Shown piece by piece: positions 56,187 through 64,000 of a stretch of DNA of 64,000 bases. The stretch's first letter is position 1. The number at the start of each line of letters is the position of its first letter. Source of the stretch: Sphagnum compactum (taxonomy: Eukaryota); the NCBI GenBank assembly GCA_965153455.1, contig OZ234494.1, positions 3,348,001 to 3,412,000 of the forward strand. The letters are read 5' to 3'. Under the pieces are notes generated by a model that was given only the letters and a program-made list of their open reading frames with translations, had not been told where the DNA came from and searched no databases. Both the position numbers and the translations under genes were made by a program.

Positions 56187-58820
56187 TGGCGCCCCAAACT
56201 TAGATGTAGGTTGATTAACCGTCGTTGGTGTCAGCTGCGAAGCCAGCGTTCAGCCGACGCACTCGCAGGCAATCAGCTGCTCCCCAACGCCTCGCTGGAA
56301 CGCGACGAAAAGGCGCTGATTGATCTGGTAGATGGTCTATCCTCGGGGTCGGTTGTGTTTGTCAGCGTGACGGATGGTGATCTTGCGGATCATGATGCGC
56401 GTTTCGGGGGCGGAGTCACCGAACGTCTCCCAAGCCATGACGATCAAGCGCAGACCATTGCGACGATACTTGTCGTCGTCGTCGGAGTGCTTCTTAGCAG
56501 CGGCGGCCTTGGCAGCGACCAAACTCTTTCCCGCCACACGATTGATGAAGGTGGGCTGCAGTGGGTGTGTAATCACAGAGTCCAGGCAGGCGTCCTGGCC
56601 GGCGCAGAACATCGTGAGCAGGACGTCAGCGGGACGATCCTTGCGGCTGGCGATTAGGCCGGTCTTCTCGAGGCGGGACTTGAGACCCGCTTCATTGGCG
56701 ATGATGTTCTGCACGTACATCATGCGGTCGTTGCGGCGAATGGTGTGCGGCCCGTGCCTGCAGGTCACGGCGTGGTCGCCGTATGGGTCTATCACGTGCA
56801 GACGGCACTTCGGGCAGCGGATGGTTGGGCATGTCTTCAAGCCCAGCCGAAACTGGACGACACGCTCGAAGTGGCACGGTGGTAGGGTGAGGCCGAGATA
56901 GGGCAGCGGCAGGGCGGTGAGGTACCCCGACGCCCAGCCAGCGTGCAAAGACTGGAGGCGCCCCTTGTTGCGCATGTTGCTGTCGGCGAACAGGCGATCG
57001 TACTCGGCCTCGTTCATCAGGTGCATGATCTTGGATTGGATGCCAGCGCCTGACGCCTCAGGGTTGAACTGGAGGATCTTGTTCAGGGCGGCGAGGTTGC
57101 TCGGGTTGACGCGTTGATGCAGGCGCTCAATCTCGGCGCTCAGGTCGTCGGTCGGGTCGGCGTCGTTGCGGCCGAGCAGTTTGTTGACCAGGCTGGCGGT
57201 GCCCAGGCGCGAGCTGACGTAGGCGGCATCGGGGTGGTCCTCGACAATGCCAATGGCCAACCTGGCCTTGCCGATCGGCAGGTGGGCCTGCTTCCATGCA
57301 AGCGGGTCGTCTATTTGGGCGGAGAGTATGGCCTTGATTGCCATCTGCCAGTTTTGGTCGACGGTCTGCAGCTCCTTGCGGATATAGTCGCGACGCATGG
57401 TGCGGAGCAGGTGGTTCATCTTGGACGAATTGTCGCTGCCACGCAGGATGATCATTTCACTCTGCGGGTCGTTGATATACGGGATGCGGTCGAGGATCGA
57501 CTGGATGTTGTCGATCTTGGCTTTGATGAAGTCCTGCACGTACAGGTCGGGGCCGATCGGGCAGCCGAGCGTCTTCTGGCCGTTGTCGAATGTCTTGAAC
57601 TTAATCGACGCCGGGAACAAGCATCGCAGGTCGATCGCGTCGGTGTCGCTGGTGATCGACGACTTGTGAAGCTGCAGTGGAGGCTGTGCTCAGGTTCGTC
57701 GTCGACGAACATCTGGACGGCACGACTTGTGTCATTGAGCGTGCCGACGATCTTGCCATCATCGAGGTACCACGCGTTCAGCTGCAGGTCGGGGATGATG
57801 TTGTGCACCTTGAAGAGGAAGGCGTGTAGGGTCAGCGAAAACAAGAGGCCGGCCAGCGGGTCGCCCTGGTCGACGCTGGATGTTCGCGAGAACACGTGAT
57901 CCTCGTAATACAGGCGGCCCGCCTGTGTGTAGACGGCGACGACAAACCGCGCCATGCCCGACAGCTTGTTGACGACCGAATCAATGGCGGTTTGGCGTAA
58001 GCAGCGCCCGGAGGCGTTCTGCAGGTCCAGGTCGACCTTGGCATGCGTCTCACGGTCGATGGTGTCACGGAACATGTTGGTGGCGTGCACGATCGCTTCG
58101 GCCCCGCCGACGACACCGGCGCCGAGCTGGAATGGGTTTAGCAACTCGGCAATTGCAACGCACTCCTTGTCCAGTAGGCACTTGCCAACGATGCGTCGGT
58201 CCAGCAACATTAGGTTCAGCTGGTGGATGTCGTACTCGATCGGGTTGGCGCGTAGCGCCTCTTGGGACGCTTCCTTGATGAGTAGGATGGTCCGCCCGCC
58301 GTTAAAGTACGGGCCGATGGCCTCCGGCCAGGCGCCTTGCGCCAGCACGTTGACGAAGCGGCTGTACGCCCGCTGAAAAACGTCCGCCACGTTGGTCGAG
58401 GGAGCGGCGGCGCAATACTTATAGAACTCGGCGCGGTTGCCGTCCATGCCCGCCGCGGTGCTCTTCGGGATGCTGTTGACGATGTGCATGATTTGGCCCT
58501 TCTTGAAGTTGTGGCTGGTCGGCAGGTCGACCAGCGGTTGCATCTCGGGCAGGTCGGCTTGCTGCAATTTGGACAGCAGCTTGCCGAGCGTGTGCTCGCT
58601 CAACTCCGCCATGTCGCACGACATTAGGGCACGCGTGACGCAGCCCGCTTTGCCACAATGCACCAGCTTCTTTGCGCGGTTGGCATTTTGAATGATCAGT
58701 TCGTCGCCCTCGAGGCGATACAACGAGGCGAAGACGCGGGTCAAACGGACTTCGACCATCGCCAACGCCCATTTGGCGGCTTGACCGCCAGGCTGAAACC
58801 ATTGGACGCAGCGGTCGACG
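56187..58820 (-). mobile_element. 5'-truncated non-LTR retrotransposon, CRE-like (RT + CCHC + restriction-like endonuclease), inactivated
   Basis: RT motifs PFQLGAGVVGGAEAIVH, DLQNA, QGDPLAGLLF, AWYLDDG. Zinc finger CPKC..DPYGDHAVTC, RLE RPADV..LD..AKKH..AWETFG, terminal QRLFVAFQRG. 1-bp frameshift near 57665 and premature TAG at 56337-56339. Direct repeat ATGTGTTTTT at 56177-56186 and 58821-58830. Confidence 0.88.
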
Positions 58821-59644
58821 ATGTGTTTTTGGGCTTGGATTCTTATTTGTTATAATTGAATTAATTTTTTGAATCACCAAATGTCATTTGGTTTTGTTTT
58901 GTGCAAAAATTATTTTTCTTTTTGTTGAGCTTTGTTTGATGCATTGTGTGATGAGCCTACTGTTTTGAATTATTATTATGTTGTTGGATTTGGAATTGTA
59001 ACAACATGCACTTTGGAGTTGATACATGTGTTATTTAAAGTGATTTGTGTTATTTGGCTTATGTATGTGTGGATAGAGACAATTGTAAGCATTCATATGA
59101 CAGCACACAATAACTATCTCTCAAAGTATGAGCAAATAATTCTATAGCCAATTCTTGAAGACAAATTGATAGGACTATAAAAACACACTTGTGGAACAAG
59201 TATAATCACATTGAAGTTGATCATGGATGTTCACATGTTTAAAGGAATGAAGTTTACCTTTAATGTGTGCTTTTAACAAAAATGGATAAGGTGTGCACCA
59301 ATGTTGTTTATGATATATCCTTGGATAAGGATGTATAATCTTTTCAAATTCCCATTAAGTAAAGGTATGTTAACATTCAGCAATTTTCCATCATGTTCAA
59401 ATCTTGGTATACAAAATTGAGTTTTCAAATAGATGGGTAGGGTCAAGGTACTCCTGTATATGAGAAAGCATATGCTTGCCCAACAATAGTAGACAATGGC
59501 AGAGAGGCCCAGATGCTGAGTGAAAGAAACAAGAAACCATGCGAGGTGCTAATGAATGCCCATATGATGATATCTCGACTTATGATGGAGGATGCTTTTG
59601 CACTTTTCTGCTATTATGAACTACAGACACCAATGCTCGTGGAT

Positions 59645-60035
59645 GTCTCGTCCGTCATGTTTTATCCACTCTTGTTTTTCGTTCTTTCCCGTCATATTTC
59701 ATCCACGTTCTTTTTGGGGGTGTCTTGCCCATTATATTTCATCCATGAAATTTGGTTCATTCATCTGTCCCCCGCTCATTTGCACCCATTCATGTCTCGT
59801 CCGTCATATTTCATCCCCTCTTTTTTTTTTGGCTCTTGCCCGTCTTATGTCATCCGCTTTTTCTGGGGTCCTCTTGTCTGTCATATTTCATCCACGGAAA
59901 TTAGTTCATTCATCTGTCCGCCGCTCATTGCACGCATTCATGTCTCGTCCGTCATATTTCATCCGCTTTTTTTTGGGGGGGGGGTCTCTTGTCCGTCATA
60001 TTTCATCCACGAAAGTTTGTTCATTCATCTGTTCG
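59645..60035. repeat. Higher-order degenerate array (CCGTCATATTTCATCC core, about 150-bp super-unit) upstream of annexin
   Basis: Core at about 59652, 59689, 59730, 59801, 59839, 59878, 59949 and 59993. TTCATTCATCTGT recurs about every 150 bp. Confidence 0.8.
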
Positions 60036-60920
60036 CCGCTCCTGGCCGCTCCTGGCACGCATTTGCGTGTACGCGTTTGTGTGCGTGTCGCGAGTTGCGC
60101 TTTCAGCGATGGCGGGCGTTGTCGGCGTATCCGTGTGATTTCTTCAGGTTCTCTACCCTCGAAGAAGTTGTTAATCTGCGCGTTTTCTTGTTGTTTTTCC
60201 CTTGAAGATTTTGTAAAACTCTCTGCTTAAGCGTGTATTTTGATTTCCGCTCCTTATATCAGCAGAAAATTCTTCTCAAACTCTTTGTACGCTCTGTTTT
60301 GCATCGCCACTTTTGAATGATCTTGTCCTTCTTCTTCTTCCGAAAAGCTCCCTAGTCTACCAGTTCGAGCAATTCTCTCTCCTACTGTGTTTTTCCTCTC
60401 CAGTTTCTCTTGAAGTTTTGTCGCATAGCGTGATTCTGTTGCGATTGTTTCCTTTTCAAAAAAATTCGCACATCTCATCTCCCTCTGTCTCCTCCCTGGT
60501 GTTTTATTCAAAACTTGTTTTGGAATTTGACGGAGGTTCGACTCTTTAGGTCACTGACCGGCTTACGAAGCTTTAACAAAAAGGTGAGAGTCGCTTCATC
60601 TAGATCTCTTCTCCATTTCTGTTGGAAGTTTTTGTAACATATCTGAACTGTGGCTTTTAGTTTCTTTTGTTTTTCGGCAAAGTTCTTTTCCGCGTTTGGC
60701 TCCCGTTTGAAGTTATAACAGCGTTGTTTTTTTTGTTTTGTTTCTTAGTTCGCACGGTCATAAAGAATGGAATTTGCATATCCATTACATATCCGTGCGT
60801 GGAAGAGTCTGGCGGAATGCTGTGGCTCCTCAAGTCATGTTCATTTGCACCGTGGATCCAACTTGTGTGCAGGGTTTTGGGAAACGATTTTGAAAGAATC
60901 AATTAGAGTGAGAGAGAGAG

Positions 60921-63312
60921 ATGTCCACAATAACTGTGCCTCAGTATCTCAATTTGCAAGAAGACTGTTCTGCGCTCCGTCAAGCATTCAGAGGTATGCA
61001 TTACTCACAATTTTGTGTAGTGTTTAGTCATAAGTCTCCTCTCCCGCTTCAAAAGGAGGAGGATCAGAATAATTTTGCCGGAAGATTTTTAGATAAAAAA
61101 GAGTTTCAGGTCTTCCTGCTGAGATAAGCTGTTACTGTGGAGTAAGCAATCTAGAGGCTTCCATTACTTCTGACTCTGTGCAAATGAGAGGAAGAAGTGC
61201 ACATTTTATGTCTTTTACACGGGTGTCAGATTTTCCATGTGGAATGGAAGTAAATAGCACCAAAAACACGCTCACAGCTTTTAGCATTCTAACCCCATGT
61301 TTTGTTTCGGAGGGACTGCAGGGATAGGTTGTGATGAGAAAAAAGTGATTTCAATATTAGGTCACCGCACACAAGCCCAGCGCTTAGCAATAGCTGATGC
61401 TTACCAAAGGCAGTTTGGTGAGAACTTATCTAAGCGTCTCAAGTCGGAACTCCATAGCAACCTTGAGGTGTGTTTCTTCGCCCGGTGCAGAATGAGCTGA
61501 TATCACCAATTGAAGGGAACCCCAGTTTTTCAGAATAACAATCCTTTTGGGCATGCTGATCTATTCCTTGATTTGTGGCATTTCTGAGACTCAACAAGAG
61601 TGGTTTGATTGTCCAATGAAAGATACTTAAGCAATCACTAGTTTACTTTCTTGAGTGGTCAGAGAAAAGGTCACTTTTTTGGCCACCATAGAAAGCTGCA
61701 AGCAATGGTGATCAAGTGTTTTTTTCACCTTCTGTTCTACCCCTTCTCTGTTCATGTCAATCGACATGCTGATAGAGGCCACAGATAGGATAGTTGCATA
61801 GAATGGTTCATTTATTACCATGAATGCACTGATCAGCTAAATCTGGAACATGTGGACAATGCAGAGAGCAGTGCTTCTTTGGATGATGAATGCAGCAGAC
61901 AGAGATGCAGTTCTTTTATATGATTCAATGTCAGGGCTGGGCACCAAAGACACTGCCTTGATTGGAATCGTGTGCACTCGCACTCCCTCGCAGTTATACA
62001 TTATCAAACAAGCTTATTATAACCTTTACCATAGGACACTAGAGCATGCCATTGATGCGGACACTAGTGGCAACTATCGAAAGGTGAGGTCATGTTACTC
62101 AAGTTATCATGCCACTTTTGTTTTGAATTTTGTAGTGAACCTTGGACTTGTCTATCACTTGGAAGTAGGCAGGAAAGTTGAACTACAGCTTCTGGTTTGT
62201 CATTTGAGGAGGGATCTTTCAATTTTTTTCCTGTCATGCCAGTGGCTGGCAGGTGTAATAATTTTTGTGTGAACTATTCTAGCTAATCTGAGAGAGAATG
62301 ATAGTCGCAGTTGTATCTCTAACTACCAGAAATTATGTTTACAGCTCCTATTGGAAATTGTCAAAGGCAACCGTTCAGAAAGCTTGGGGGTAGACCGACA
62401 ACTAGCACTAGCTGACGCCCATGCACTATACAAGGCGGGTGAGGGCCGATGGGGCACAAATGAAGACACTTTCATTCATATTTTGGCAACTCGTAGTGCT
62501 GCCCACCTGACCACTGTGTCACAATACTACCTGCAAACATTTGGGCACTCACTTGAGAAGGTGAGTTTCACAAGTTCTCCTAGTGTAAGTTCACAACAGC
62601 ATGAGGATTCTAGCCACTTTTGCTGTTCCAAAACTAAAAAGCATTTTGTCTTGAATATGTGCAGGCAATCAAGAAAGAAACATCGGGACATTTCGAGGAT
62701 GCATTACTGGCTGTTGTGCAATCCACTTGCTACCCTGCAAAATTTTTTGCCCAGGTACTGGCTTCTTCTACTCAAAAGGTGGATGATGTTAGCACATCAG
62801 TTTGACACATGTCAAGAGAGAAGGAGATATATCCAGGATTATGGTTTGAGTCATTCTAGAAAAACCCAAGGGTGAATGAGTTCATAAGCTGACATGACAT
62901 CTAGTATAAGCACAATTCCTTGTCGCCAGTTACTTCATCTATTTCTGATAATTAGAGGGTGTAAAGAAAGTTTGGGGTGTTCCACATACCTTTGCTGGTT
63001 TTCAAGGTCTTCCTTGCAGTCTCATAATTCGTGTGTTCTCACCTAGGCAATTTCTGAAGCATCAGCTATTCAGTGGCTTTTGATCATTAACTCTTGCATT
63101 TGGTGTTGCAGGAGCTCTACCGATCAATGAAGGGTCTAGGAACAGACAACAGCTCATTAATCCGGGTTGTAACTACTCGAGCAGAAATTGACATGCAGTA
63201 TATAAAGGCTGAATTTGCAAATATGTACAACAAGACCCTGGAGCATATGGTTGCTGGTGATACATCTGGGAATTACAGGCAATTCCTTCTTACCCTTGTG
63301 GGTGGTGCTTAG
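60921..63312 (+). CDS. Annexin (6 exons)
   Basis: MSTITVP..DCSALRQAFRGIGCDEKKVISILGHR, GLGTKDTALI, GRWGTNEDTFI, KGLGTDNSSLIRVVTTRAEID, DTSGNY. Exons 60921-60993, 61322-61467, 61865-62083, 62345-62560, 62665-62754, 63112-63312. Confidence 0.95.
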
Positions 63313-64000
63313 TTTACAAACACAGGGCACCTGTTGCAAATGCTGCTTGTAAAATTGTTTCTCTAACACATTTTCACAAAATTGACAACCCCAGTGGAAT
63401 ATCAGGAATTGATCACCAGTATCCAACTGGATGATAGTGTATTATTCTGTGTCGATCACAGGTTCATCAGGCACATATTTTAGTGCAGTTCTGCTTTTAG
63501 GGAAAGAACAATACTGGGTTTGCTTTCTCCATCTTTTGATGGAAGAACAAAATAAGAGCTTAGGATTATAATGAGAAATCTAAGGTCACTGAATGCCAAG
63601 ATTATTTTTTAGAAATGTCCTTGGGCTTAGTTGCTTCCATGGCATAGTGTGGTGGTTGTAGTATGAGGGAACAAAGAATTGCAGGTACCTATTGTAATCC
63701 TGGTATAGCCATTGGGACATGGTTGGAAAGGCTATGTATATACACACTTCAGCAATTCAGGTAATAACTTGTGTCGGACCTCGATATGTTCATTTGGACA
63801 CACCAGCATGTTCTGAGTATGACATATATTTTAATTGATTAAAATTAGAAAAGATGGGTCTTGATAACTTCATTTTTCCTCATATTGAATACTAGATTGT
63901 TATCAATTATGAGGTTTGCAGGAGTATGTATGTATTGATAGTGCACTTTGAGTTTTGGTGGTTACTTAGCAAAATGGGTTGGGTATGTTCCAAGCTTTCA

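Noticed and set aside
56211-58691. Long plus-strand ORFs over the retrotransposon
   Set aside because: Antisense shadows of a GC3-rich minus-strand coding sequence
59513-60230. 230-aa and 212-aa ORFs
   Set aside because: Translations of the tandem array with no protein-like features

Overview
Intron-rich eukaryotic nuclear DNA from a land plant. The repeat style and gene content suggest a bryophyte, probably Sphagnum-like (inference). Seven intact multi-exon genes can be assembled by hand. On the + strand: PECT1, GCP6, mitochondrial ATP synthase epsilon, a reticulon B protein and an annexin. On the - strand: a PAO-family Rieske oxygenase and an unusual His/Asp/Gln-rich protein carrying only the thioredoxin domain of APS reductase. 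Between them lie a frameshifted TSS/REC (CLU-family) gene fragment abutting telomere-type repeats, an LRR fragment, a MULE fragment and two decayed Copia remnants. There is also a solo LTR with a 5-bp TSD, a GC-rich CRE-type (RLE) non-LTR retrotransposon with a 10-bp TSD, several promoter and intron tandem arrays, and a probable spliced non-coding transcript. Non-canonical splicing is visible: a U12-type intron in GCP6 and a GC-AG intron in the PAO-like gene. All family assignments come from motif recognition by eye, not from database searches.
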